Positions 44,872-56,422 of a stretch of DNA of 64,000 bases are shown here, piece by piece. Position 1 is the stretch's first letter, and the number at the start of each line of letters is the position of its first letter. A model generated the notes under the pieces. The model searched no databases and was not told the DNA's origin. It worked only from the letters and a program-made list of their open reading frames with translations. Source of the DNA: Moniliella sp. 'wahieum' (lineage: Eukaryota); assembly GCA_003971905.1 (NCBI GenBank), contig RSEE01000083.1, positions 124,001 through 188,000 of the forward strand. Reading direction: 5' to 3'. Position numbers and translations under genes: made by a program.

Positions 44872-47602
44872 ATGGCCACCACGGCGAATGACCCCGCCAT
44901 CGCCTCACCCTCTCTGCCCACCGCCACCGCCACCGCCACCCCCCCCCCCCCCACCTTCCCCGCACACGCTCCTTGCGCAAACAGCGCGCGCCGCTGGCCG
45001 CCGCAAGACCTCCCCTCCCCCGCGCTCGGACCTGCTCCACGACAGCCTCCTCCTCCGCTGCCACCCGCATCTCCCACGCTATCCTTGTACTCCTCGCCCC
45101 CCGTCGACAGTGCCCGTCTAGCCTCGCCCGCCTCCCCCCTCCTGTCTCTAGACCCGCCGCCAGCCCCAGCCACCAGGGCCGCCCTCCTGCACCCCACCGG
45201 TCCGGACACCTCGGCGCACAACGCCACCACTCAGGGTGCGACTGTGGACCCTTTCCCTGCGCCTGCATTACCGATGTTTCGGAGCGCGGTGCCTCCCGCC
45301 CTAGCTCTGTCAGTTCCGATGGGGACACAACTCGCAACAGCTTTTTCAGCGCCGGTCACGCTAGCTTGCACTCGCCCTCTACTCTCTCTATCGACCAGGA
45401 CCATAACGGTGGTACGATGGGCACAGAGGAAGGAATCACCACCAATCCACCTGCCAAGCCCAGTACACCCCGCATCGGACTCGCGTCACGTAGTCGACGA
45501 CGCGCCCCAGTCCCATGATGTCCGACCCGAAGCTGGCGATACTACCGCAACCCCCACACCCCAGCATGGACTGTTACCCTCCAGTCCTGGCGATGAGGGG
45601 GGCGATTTGCAATCCAGGGAGAATAGAGACGAGCCCCTGTCGAGGCAACCGGGTACGCCAACCGTCCCCCCGAAGCACGACACAACACGGTCTTTTCCGC
45701 CGGTCTCGAGGATGAGGAGGAGACAACTCTTTCCGTATCCACCGACCTACCCCATCCCACTCGAGCACCTACTTTTGTTCAAAGCCCCGACTCGATGCCA
45801 TCAGCCTTTATGTTCCCTGATTTGACCTCGCCGACGCTAGACGCGTCGCATAATCCGCTGTGGCTCCAGCCAGGGCCGGGCACAGGAGATGCGGCGTTCT
45901 GGGACATGGTCCTAAGAGGTACGTGAACCATCATTTTCTGGCGGTGCGTTCCGTGTATTAACCTTGGCCTGCGATTAGACTACCAGCGCGTAGCGATGGC
46001 CGAGCCGGAACGCCTTGCGCAAGCCATTCAACAGGGCATTCCTTCCCAGTACCGAGGGGCCTTGTGGCGTGAAATGAGCGCCAGTCGAGATGCGGATCTC
46101 GAGGCCAAGTTCCACGAATACCTATCCGAACCAGCGATCAGGACGAGGCGATCCAGCGAGACCTGGCAAGATGTGCAGATGAGCTGCCCTACTCTGACGA
46201 TCCTGCCCAAGGCCAGCAGCAAGTGTTCCAGGTGGTCAAGGCGTATGCGATGCACGATCCAGAAGTGTGCTACCGCCCGGGCTTGCAGTTCCTGGTGGCG
46301 CCCCTGTTACTGGTGATGAACGAGGCTGAGGCGTTTTGCACCCTGGTAGCACTCATGCGCACCTACAACCTCCGTGGCCACTTCCTATCCGGCATGCCGG
46401 GTCTGAAGCTTCGGCTGTACCAATGTTCTCGCCTGGTGGAAGAGGAGTTGCCGCAGCTGTATGCCCATCTGGCCCGGAGTGGAATCAAGTCGAGTGCCTA
46501 TGCTTCGCAATGGTTTATCACGCTGTTCTGCTACCATTGTCCTCTCCCCGTTGCCTACCGTGTGCTGACACTGTGTTTGCTGAGGGCGTGGATGCGCTGT
46601 TTCGGTTTGTCTTGGCCTTGCTGCGTACGAACGAAGGCAGGCTACTCACCTTGGGTCCGCATGAGACGGTGTTATTCCTCAAGAACAACATGTTTGACGC
46701 CTACCACCTCACGCCGTCGTCGGGATGGGAAGGGGACTTGGCTGCGGTGGACAAACTGGTGCAAGATGCCGAGGCGGCACGAGATTGGGCGAGCGTAGCT
46801 CGTCTGAACCAGTACGCGACCGAGTTTCAAACCACCCTGGAACGAGCCTCGATGCCGTTGCAAGAGATGGAGTCGCTGCGGCAGGCTACCTGGCACCTCG
46901 CTGCCCAAGTCAAGGAGATGGAGGAAGACATGGCCCGCCGCCAGTCGGCGCACATGGAGCTGGCACAGCAAGTGGTCACTGCTACGCTGCAGAAAGAGGT
47001 GGCAGAACAGTTGGTGCACTACAAGACCCTCTATGCCGAAGCGGCCCTGGCTCTGGAACAAGCAACGCTATCTCCGCCCCCACAGCCGGCGCCTGCGCCT
47101 GCCCGGCACCAGCACCTGGCTGGACCAGCTGGGCCACCCGAGCTCGTACCTCGACCCCCGCCTCGCGCTTGTCGACCGCCAGCGCTTCGACGGCCGTGTC
47201 CCATTCCAGTCGGTCCACCACCACCACCTCCCCGTCCTCCGCATCGCGCCCGAACCAGCTTGCCTCGTCCCACAGTCGCCCAGTCCGTCTCCTCCGCCAT
47301 GGCATCCTGGGACGTTGGATGTCAGCGCGAAGCACGCCGGCCCCCCCTGCGCCTACAGCACTGGACAAACCTCTTCCCAATCGGAATTCGAACCCGACTC
47401 TGAGCCCGGCACATCCTTGACGCCACCGCCGTTGCCGCCACGCAAACTACCCCCCTCTCCCGGTCCGCACGGCCCTTGGTTCAGCCTCGCCCCCCACCCC
47501 CCCTCTCCCCACTGGCTCCACCGCCGTCGGCGGCGCGATGAGTGTAACTCCCTCCGAGGCCGAGGGGGAGGACGCAACGCCGAACGGCAGTCCGACCGCT
47601 AG
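44872..47602 (+). CDS. TBC-domain Rab GTPase-activating protein (Gyp5/EVI5-like), intron 45919-45978; 3' end approximate
   Basis: DAAFWDMVLR|DYQRVAMAEPERLAQAIQQGIPSQYRGALW, FQVVKAYAMHDPEVCY..GLQFLVAPLLLVMNEAEAFCTL, YNLRGHFLSGMPGL, YASQWFITLF, then a C-terminal coiled coil. Confidence 0.85.
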
Positions 47603-48483
47603 CCGGCGGCCGAGCGAAAGTGGTCACAGTCTCAGTTCCGAGATGGAGTCGGTCAACTTGCAGGTATCGACCGAGGGCAGTTGAGTGTTGAACGTTGACC
47701 GTTCAGTTGACCGTTGACGCCCTAAAGGCGAATGCGGGATCTGTTTCCATGCCAGAAGGCTTGGCTGTGCCGTGCCAGTATTGGCTGGAGTCCAATATCC
47801 AATGGCGATCGTCATGCCGAACGATTGCATGTCTGTTGTACCGTAGACCATTTGTCGGTTTCTGTTTGGGTGCGTAAAGGGAGGTGTGTGCGGGACTTCG
47901 AGCCAATATGCTCCACTCAGCCGGACAAGACCGGCGATTGGAGGTTGTGCTTTGTCCGTGCCCCTCGAACGCGGATGGTAGCGCCAGGTAGTTGACCGTA
48001 AGCTTCAATGTGCATCTTAGTACTATGTCACACACCCGACTGAATCCCGTCAGGAATAACCGGCGGGGACATTGCAGGGCATGTGATTTCTACAGTGGTG
48101 GCCGTGCTCGATCACAAGTCCTCTCCAACCGCTTCAAAGGGTCAAACCGGCCAGGATGAAACTAAGGAACCCATCTGCTTTTATATACAGCAGAGGGAGG
48201 TAACCCCATTTAGGCCAGGAGAAATACTAGGAGAAAGGCTGCAACCCTTGGGAGACTCTCACTGCAACCAGCCAAAGGTTTGCTTTCCTGTGGAGTGTGT
48301 ACTAAGTATATGCTCGATAATGCTGTTTCTGTGGCTGAAAACTGTGCTGAGAATATAGAAACGGAGAAAGAACAAAAAAGGAGAGAGGAACAGGGGAAGA
48401 AGATGGGGGAGGGGGACGATGATAACATACCTGGTTAGTACATTCCATTCAACCCAGCTGCAAAACTTCATCAGCGCAGTCAA

Positions 48484-49537
48484 CTATACCATTTTGTGGC
48501 GCATGCGGTTCATCATGCGAATAAGAGTTTTTCTATATTCTCGAAGAGAAGACAAGGAACTTCGAGGGACAGCAGCACAGTAGCGTGGTGTAAATCTTTC
48601 GATGTATCCAAACCTATGCGTTCCTCTCGCATCGTTAACCCTGTGGCGTTGACCCGAGTCATAAGAGGCCAAAGCCTCAGCCAGCTCCTCGAGGTGCGTT
48701 TCGAAAAGCTCATTGCGGCCCTTGAGCCAAACCAGGAGATCTACCGCTTGGTACAGGACCGCCGCCTTGGACCCCTCCTTTCCCCCCCCTGCACCGCGAC
48801 CACGACCGGGGCCCTGAAGGGGGTGGAATCTCTCTGGTGGGTCAGCCCACAATACAATGCGCATATCTTTGACTGTGTACGTGGAAACAGCGGATTCGCA
48901 CGCACTCGTTTCGTTCCCCCACCGCGGCCGGGCAGGCGGGGGGGAATGGCCAACGTCTCCAACACTTCCAGTTCCGGACCACTTCCCTGAACCAAGTGCA
49001 GAATCGGTTCCGACTCTTCCTTGTCCAACCGATTGTCCTCGACTTCCAAGTCCACGCCTGTCCCTGCGGCCGAGGCCATGCCGAGCGATCGCGCCCCATA
49101 CGCTCGTCCCAGCTGCAACAGTTCACTCACTTCTTCGAGACCGCGACGGATGTTCTCGCGGAGCAGATGGGATCGCGTTGGGTGCAAACTCTGGTTTCTT
49201 CCATTGCCTCTTCCTCTCTCTCTTCCCTGTGGGTCGAGTCTGGTTGGTCGCAGCTCGCTGCTGGCAGGGAGGCACTGTTGGCCGAACCAAGCTGCGGCAC
49301 CTGCACAAGCTTGTCCAGCGGGGAAGGGCGCAATTCCGGAGTACCTGGGTGCGATGGTATCAAGACAGTAGAGGAGATGGGCGTATCATCCGTGCCAAGA
49401 ACAGTAGGCGTATACGTCTCTAACCAGGCCTCAACCGAGTCGAAGAAACCGTTCGGATCCGGTATGTCAAAAGGCATGCCCTTATCTTCGAATGTCTCCG
49501 CGGACGACGGGGGACAATCGATGCTGGTGGTTTCCAT
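48484..49537 (-). CDS. Putative bHLH(-zip) transcription factor, probable intron 48834-48905
   Basis: Basic/helix 1 RSHLLRENIRRGLEEVSELLQL. Helix 2 GSKAAVLYQAVDLLVWLKGRNELFETHLEEL. ATG at 49537, with a TTTATAAA element ~80 nt upstream. Confidence 0.6.
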
Positions 49538-51307
49538 ATGCGAAAAGTGGGGAGGGCGGGTAGAAAAGGTTTCGCAGATGAAGAATGGGGCGCTGCGGGA
49601 TGGATAGGATGCTCAGCTTTATAAAGAGGCTCTTCTCATCTGCACGGGCCAGCAATGACCTTAAAATGGGTTGAAAGTTGCGCACAGGCCAAAACATATA
49701 GATGGGGGGGCCTCCTAGCTTTTGATCAGGCATTCTTCACGAAGATTATACGCTTTTCGCCTCCAATCTGACATCTGAACCCTGAAACTCTTTATCGAAG
49801 AAGTGTGAAAGACTCTCAAGTGACAGCGCCACAAGAGCCGCGTCAGTACTCAATCTGAGTGCTGAACTCAGTATTCAATATTCAGTACTCAGTTCCGGTT
49901 ACCCTATCTCTTCCCTCACAAATTAAGATACACCCCACAGAGACTTGACTTATTGTTCTTGGTTTTGGTTGGAAAACAGGACGGATGTGACTTTTGATAC
50001 GCGAATATATCCACAGCGAGACATCCCTCCTTGACTAGGATTATAGACCTCCCAATAAGGCCATCTGAGCGACTCTCTCCTCTCTGTGTGCCCCCCACGC
50101 GTGTGGGGTCTCTCTCCCTCTGCAGCACGCTTTTGTACCCAGTGAGGCATCACAGGTCATAGTAGGAGCTCCAATGTGTTTCGCGTCTCTGTGTTGCGTT
50201 GCTTGTTCTCCGTGGCAGTCAGATTGACCAGGCCTGATAATGTGGATAATGGTGTCCCTGGCTTGTTTTCAGCATGTGCGATTGGGTGACTGGCAAAGGC
50301 CCGCTCAGGCCTTAGGACGCTTCCGGACACCAGGTCTTCTCGTCCCTTCCATTGCTTGGTGGGAACACGTGGTTGCCAACGACCTACTCCGCAACGAATG
50401 CGAGAGCCGAAATAGATTATTTGAATGTTGCTCCATGACAAGTACGTAGAAAAGTGGGCGTCTAACCTTTTTTCGGCACTATATACCCCGCTGCCTGGGC
50501 GGCCGTCCAACTCCGTTGATATCTTCATCGGGGAAGGGCGGACAGGGACGTCGGACTTCCACCCCCCTGCCAGGACTTCACCTCCGGCTCGCAGTTCCTT
50601 GGGCTTGAGTACGCGCGTCGTGTGTACCCCTCGGGACTCGACGACATGGCAGGGCAGATGCCATCGTAGGTAGAAGAGTAGAAAAGGCACAGTATACAGA
50701 CCCCCCCCCTGCGTCCAAAAAGCGCCTCATCTCCCCCCCTCATCCCCCTCATCAAGACCATCTAAGATCCCCCACCACCGCTTCCCTCTTCTCTCGCCCT
50801 TGATGCGCACTTGCCACCCGACCTACGCGTACGTTCCCCTCTACTCCCATCTGCTTTTCGCGTTCCGTCTGGCCCATAGCAGGCACGCACCCCACTAACA
50901 CCACTGCCCATCTGGCCTTATTTGTCTTTTCCTGTTGTTGCTCCCTGCTCCGCCTTCGACCAACAGCTCCACCACGCGCCGCGAGAGCGTGAGCTACGTC
51001 CCGGCCTACTGCCCGCACTGCAACGGGCGCCAGATTTGCCGCGCTGACCCGCAAACGCTCCAAGTCCAGTGCACCCACTGTGGCTACACAGTGGTTCGCT
51101 AACTGCGCGCGCTCTGCTTTGGTGCCTCCCCCCTTCCCTTTCCAGATGGCCGGCACTTGCCCACTACCAATCGGGTGGTGAAGCGGGGCAAGGGGACAAA
51201 TGCGGTTGTCCATATTCTGGTTCTCCGTGGCATCTCCTTCCAGGCCTTGTTGCGAGGGTTTCTCGTACACCACTCTGCCCCACTCTGCCCCTTTGCCTTC
51301 TGCTTCT

Positions 51308-51402
51308 TTCTGCTTCTGCTTCTGCTTCTGCTTCTGCTTCTGCTTCTGCTCTGCTTCTGCTTCTGCTTCTGCTTCTGCTTCTGCTTCTGCTTCTGCTTCT
51401 GC
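51308..51402. repeat. (TTCTGC)n hexamer microsatellite, ~16 units
   Basis: Seen directly, with one 1-bp interruption near 51350. Confidence 0.95.
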
Positions 51403-52738
51403 CTCCGCCTCGGGTCCACTCCTCTTTCGGCCTCCCCTCACTGCTTCGCACCTGCAGGGAGGCATGGGGCGTCGATGGCAGGGGACTAGAACGCCGGATG
51501 TATGTGAACCGCGAGGTGGATGGATAAACCGGTGCCGAGCGACGGTGGTACGTTGCATGGTGCTCGTTCTGTGCGTTCGCCCGGTGTGGCAATTGCTGCG
51601 ACGTACGAGGCGGAGCCTGTCGGAGCACATATAATGCAATGCGCTCGCACTCTGCAAGGCGATGAGAGGCGGGCGCAGGGATCACTACGGTTGCATTGCG
51701 TGCTACATGAGATACGAAGCGTGCCAAATTCTGTTGTACATGTAGAGCGTTCAACATTAAGTACTAAGCGTGCGAAACAGGATACTGTTGGGGAGGAGAG
51801 GGGGGCGTTGCACGAACAAGCGCACAGAGCGAGGCAGAGAAAGCGAGCAAGAGAAAGAGGAAGAAGAACCGAAACGGAAACCGAACGAGAGAAACAGAAA
51901 AATAGGAGAGAAAGAGAGAGATAGAGAAAATCAAAGAAAAAAACAAACCAACAAAACAAGCACAGACCGATCAGGTCAGGCCAGATCAGAGATCCGATCC
52001 GGTTCCCAACGCCGCAATCCGACCCCATGGATCCGATCCGCAGACTAGGTGGGAGCCAGCTGAACGTTCAGGATGAACGCTAGAGTTGCAGGGCCGGGCA
52101 AAGAAGAGCACAAGGTGTACTCTGGGGTACCTAACGGGGGTTTCAACCTGGAGTTGGTCGGGAACCTGGGTGAGGCGGAGCACATGGATCCCAAACCCTC
52201 GGACGCCCGGGTACGATGGATCAACGATCAACAGAAGTAGTAAGAACGAACCATGCACATAAGAAGGATGTGGACGTGGACAAGCAGGCTTCTGCCCGAA
52301 CCCGGCGAGGTAACCGCAGAGCAAGGTGCAAGGAAACACAGCGAGAGAGAGAGAGCGAAATGGTTCGTGGGCAGGGGTGGGTCGTAGTAATGGAACAAAA
52401 GTAGTAGACAAGTTCCCGACCGTTTCTTTCTTTTGGAGAAACACGTTACCGCGCAGGCGGCGCAGAAGAACGAAAAACGAAGCACGAAGCATGAAGGACG
52501 AAGAACGAGACTCGGCCCACCGACACTGGAGTCACCCAGCGATGTGGGGGGCCTTAAGTAAACAAAGTAACCGCAACAGATGGCAAACGGGCGGGAGGGG
52601 GTTAGACACAAAGCAGACTTGCGACCTGAGGCGAAACAAGCGGCGCACAACACCGTACCCCCCCCTCTCCTCGTGTCTGACTGCAGCCCATTACGTTCGA
52701 GAGGGTCGAAGGTACATGAGACTGAAGCGTGTCGAGCA

Positions 52739-55700
52739 TTACATCATTACTCGACACTGGTGGGCCATCGTAGCGGGGGCACGATGCATAAGGGCATAGG
52801 GTAGGTAGGATGGAAGGCCTGACCACGCGAGACGATTGGATCGAGCACCGACCGGGGCGAAGGTTACGCCCCACCGCTCCGGCGCCTGTCGGTATCCTGG
52901 AACTGCCGAGCGAGGCGGCCGGCGCAAGGCCAGGGCAGCGCTCAGCCCGAGCGGTCCGGCACGTGCACCGCTCGGTCCTCTGCGCGCCGCAAGGGCGGAA
53001 TGGGCGGGATGGGATGGGCGTTGGACCATACCTGGCCCTGGTCCTGGTCCTGGTCCCACACCTGTACCTGCACCTGCTCCGGGCCCCACTCCTGGCCCAC
53101 GTCCACGCCCACGCCCACGACCTGATTCCGATCCCGGTCTGGCTGGACACGCTCCGGGACGAACGGGGAGGGGTGAACGTTCGAGGCCAAGCCGCCGTTC
53201 ACGCGGATTGGGCCACCCACTGAGGGCGCATCAAGCGAGGCGAGCGAAGACGCGGTGACTTGACGTGACCCTGACCCTGACCCTGTCCTTGACCTTGACG
53301 TTGACCTTAGCTGGTCAGGGGCAGGGTCAGGGTCAGCGTCTGGGTCTAGGTCTGGGTCGGGGTCTAGGCACGTCGGCGTGGGCGGCCGCGTTCCTGGGGG
53401 CGGCAAGCCCGGGATGAAGATCGGGGGAGGTCGGGTGTAGGCTTGGCCTAGGGTGCGAATCACCTGTTCTATCCCCTGCTGCCGCAACAACCTTTCGTCC
53501 AACACGCCAATCGCCTTTTTCGCATTCAAAGCCAGATAGCCTTGGCGAAAGTCGCTGGCCGGCTGGCGCAACTCGGGACACAGTTCAGTTACACTGCCCG
53601 CTCGCTCTCGCTCTCGGTCGCGTTCCCGTTCCCGTTCCCGTTCCCGTTCCCGGTCCCGTTGCGTTGGCGTGGGCTCTCGCAGGTCATGCGGGCCGCGCTC
53701 GCGTTCGCCGTGCCTCTGACCCTGATGGCCGTGGGAGCGAAGCGCCAGTACCTCTTCCATTCGTTGGCGCGCTACTTCCACGTGCTTTTCGCGGTAATGG
53801 GCCAACGAGTTGTCTTGTCTCGTGAAGCGCGAGGGGCAGTTACCAAACAGACATCGGAAGCGTTTCAGCGCGCCATGCGTCGTGCGCCAGTGCCGTCCCG
53901 CATGACCCGTCGTGCTAAACGTCAAACTGCACCCGGGCCACCCACACGGGTACCGTTTCTTGCCTTGGATCAGCACGGGCGCCATCTTGGGCCGGTTGGG
54001 GAGGTAGAGGCGGGCGGGCATGCGGTGGAGGTGTGGGGGGACATGGGGGGGCACATGGGGATCAGGCAAGATAGGGTACCCGTCTGCACTGGGACCTAGG
54101 ACAGACGCTGCACTCCAGTTCCCATGCCAAGCGAGGGGGAGAAGTCAGTATGACAAGACATGCAAGGTGCGCCAGCGCCAGCACAACGAACAACGAGCTG
54201 GCTGCCGCCAGGACAGGAGAGGAAAAGGAACCGGTATGCGTACCTTGTTGCAGCGGAGGTTGGGCTGCATAGGGCGTCGTAGTAGGAGTGAAGGGCGAGC
54301 TTAGGGCCGCGGACGCGGGCGGGCGGTAGGAGCGCGACTCGGGGTGCATGTGCATGGACATCTGCATCTGCATCTGCATGGGCATGGGCATGGGAGGTTC
54401 CGAGGCGGCATGCTCAACAGGCACCACGTACTCCGTTGTGCTGTTAGCCCAGGCAGGCGAGCTGCCCACCGGGAGACTGTACCCATTCCCGTCCCCGTCC
54501 CCATTCCCATTCCCACTCCCATTCCCATTCCCATTCCCATTCCCATTCCCATTCCCATTCCCATTCCCATTCCCATTCCCATTCCCATTCCCATTCCCAT
54601 TCCCATTCCCATTCCCATTCCCATTCCCATTCCCATTTGCATTTGCATTCTCAGTCCCGTGGCCAGGGAAGGGCGGGGCGGACGGGTGCCACGACGAGGG
54701 GGGGGTAGTGGTGCAGGGGGGCGTCCGGCTGCCATCGCCGTGGTTCAGGGGGGTAGAGGGGCACGGGGGCGTCATGAGCCAAGGGGGTGGGGTCCGAGGA
54801 GGGGGGGGTAAACGAGGGACGAGACAGGTCCCGCTGTGGCGGGAGCCCAGTGCCGGTGTTCGCGTTCGTGCTCAAGTTCGTGCTCGTACTCGTGCGGGGG
54901 TAGGAGCGGCTGCGAGTGCGAATGCGAGTGCGAATGCGAGTGCAAGTGCGAGTGCGAGTGCAAGTGCGAATCCGAGACGCTTGTCTGGGTCCCTGGGGCA
55001 GGTGGCGCGACAGCCGAAGGATGAGGAGCAGCGTACCCGACCGAAGAACTCGGTTCGCCACCATGGGCATGGGCCTGGACATGGTACGCTGCGGCCAGCT
55101 TGCCCACAGGGATCGACGAGGGCGGATCGGTATAGGAGGTACTAGTACTGTTCGTCGCCGTCGATAGCCCGGTCGGGGCGTTGGCGCCCTGCGCATCGTA
55201 CAGTGCCGAAGGGCGGTACATGTTCGGGTCCTGGCTCGATGGGGGTGGGGCAAAGTTCTGCCCCTGACTCTGCCCCTGGCTCTGGCTCTGGATTTCGTTC
55301 TGCCCCTGGCCCGTCGAGGGGGGAGGGACAAAGGGGCGATAAAAGTGGGCAGGGGGCGGAGGAAGTTGCGGGTCAGTGTGACTGCGTGGATTGAGCGTCG
55401 GTCGAGGGAGGTGGGTGCTGCTGGGCGGATCGGACGTAGGGCCAGGGTAGGCGTCCACAGCGGAAGGAGCGCTAGCTCCGTGGGAGGGACAGGAAGCGCA
55501 ATTGCCGGGCCGGCCGGCGCCGAGGTAGGTCCGACGGGGGTGGGGAAACCGTATGCGCTTGACGTGGCGCCTCGGTCGGCCCACCGCGCCGGCTGACTGC
55601 CGCCAGGGAAGCTAAAATAATCCATTGGTGCGCTGGCGCTGGAGCTGGAGATGGAGCTGGCGTTGGCATTGGCGTTGGCATTGGCGTTGACATTAGTATT

Positions 55701-56422
55701 AGCATGGGGTGTGGTCGGACCGGATGTCGGCCAGGTATGAAGGCCCGGGGTGAGGGTGGAAGGGGCAGCTGCGTGCTCGGTCGTGGGGACAAAAGTGGAG
55801 GAGGAACAGGAGTCGTCACGTCTGGGCCCACGTCCATCGCGCCAGGGAGGACGGCAGTGGGCAGGGTCGAGGGAGAAAAGGTAGGTGCGGTAGGCGTGCC
55901 TCGGAGACGCTTGGCGGGGGGAGGGTGGGCCTCGGCGCGGCGGGCGGCAGACTGGGCTTTGAGTTTGGTGAATGCCTGGGCTGGGGAGGCAGGCGGGTGA
56001 AAGCGGGGGTGAGGTGGCTGGTGTCGGGGCGCAGGGGGGTGTGGCGATGGTGGCGAGGGAGGAGGAGGTGTGGAAGAAGTGGGGTTGGAGCTGGCGCTGG
56101 AGCTGTAGGAGGAGAGGGAGGAGGATGGGCTGGGCATGGCCCATGGTGGGCGAGAGGACGAGGGAGGAAGAGGAGGAAGGGTAGGTGCGCTGGAGTGGGC
56201 GGAGATCCGGGCGACGGGGTGCAGGGGCAGGGAGAAGGGTGGTTGGGACGATACTGGCCAGGGAAGGTGAGAGTGGCTGGGGGGCTGTGGCATCCACCGT
56301 CGCGGTGGTTGCAGGGCTTGGGTCGTGGCTGGGCCTGAGAGGGTGGGAGGGGCATGGGCAGGGGCAGGGTTCGCACCCGGAGCAGGCGGGGCAAAGAGAT
56401 GGGCAGATGGATTGGTGCTCAT
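52739..56422 (-). CDS. C2H2 zinc-finger transcription factor with Nrg1-like finger pair and long low-complexity N-terminus, intron 54084-54243; 3' end approximate
   Basis: [57 protein letters not shown] resembles the Nrg1/Nrg2 F(T/S)TSGHLARH..C.FPGC..RFSRQDN pattern. Upstream Pro/Ser/Gln/His-rich ORFs chain back to ATG 56422 ([10 protein letters not shown]). Confidence 0.8.
54501..54635 (-). repeat. Coding (GGGAAT)n hexamer repeat, ~22 units, encoding poly-(Asn-Gly)
   Basis: (CCATTC)n on the + strand. The frame that runs into the intron donor at 54243 reads ANANGNGNG... Confidence 0.9.

Noticed and set aside
50752..51757. ORFs encoding (EA)n/(QK)n/(RS)n, resembling an SR protein
   Set aside because: They are translations of the (TTCTGC)n microsatellite, with no RRM or other domain nearby.
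54501..54635. Interstitial telomere repeat
   Set aside because: The unit is GGGAAT rather than TTAGGG, and it reads in frame as Asn-Gly within a gene.
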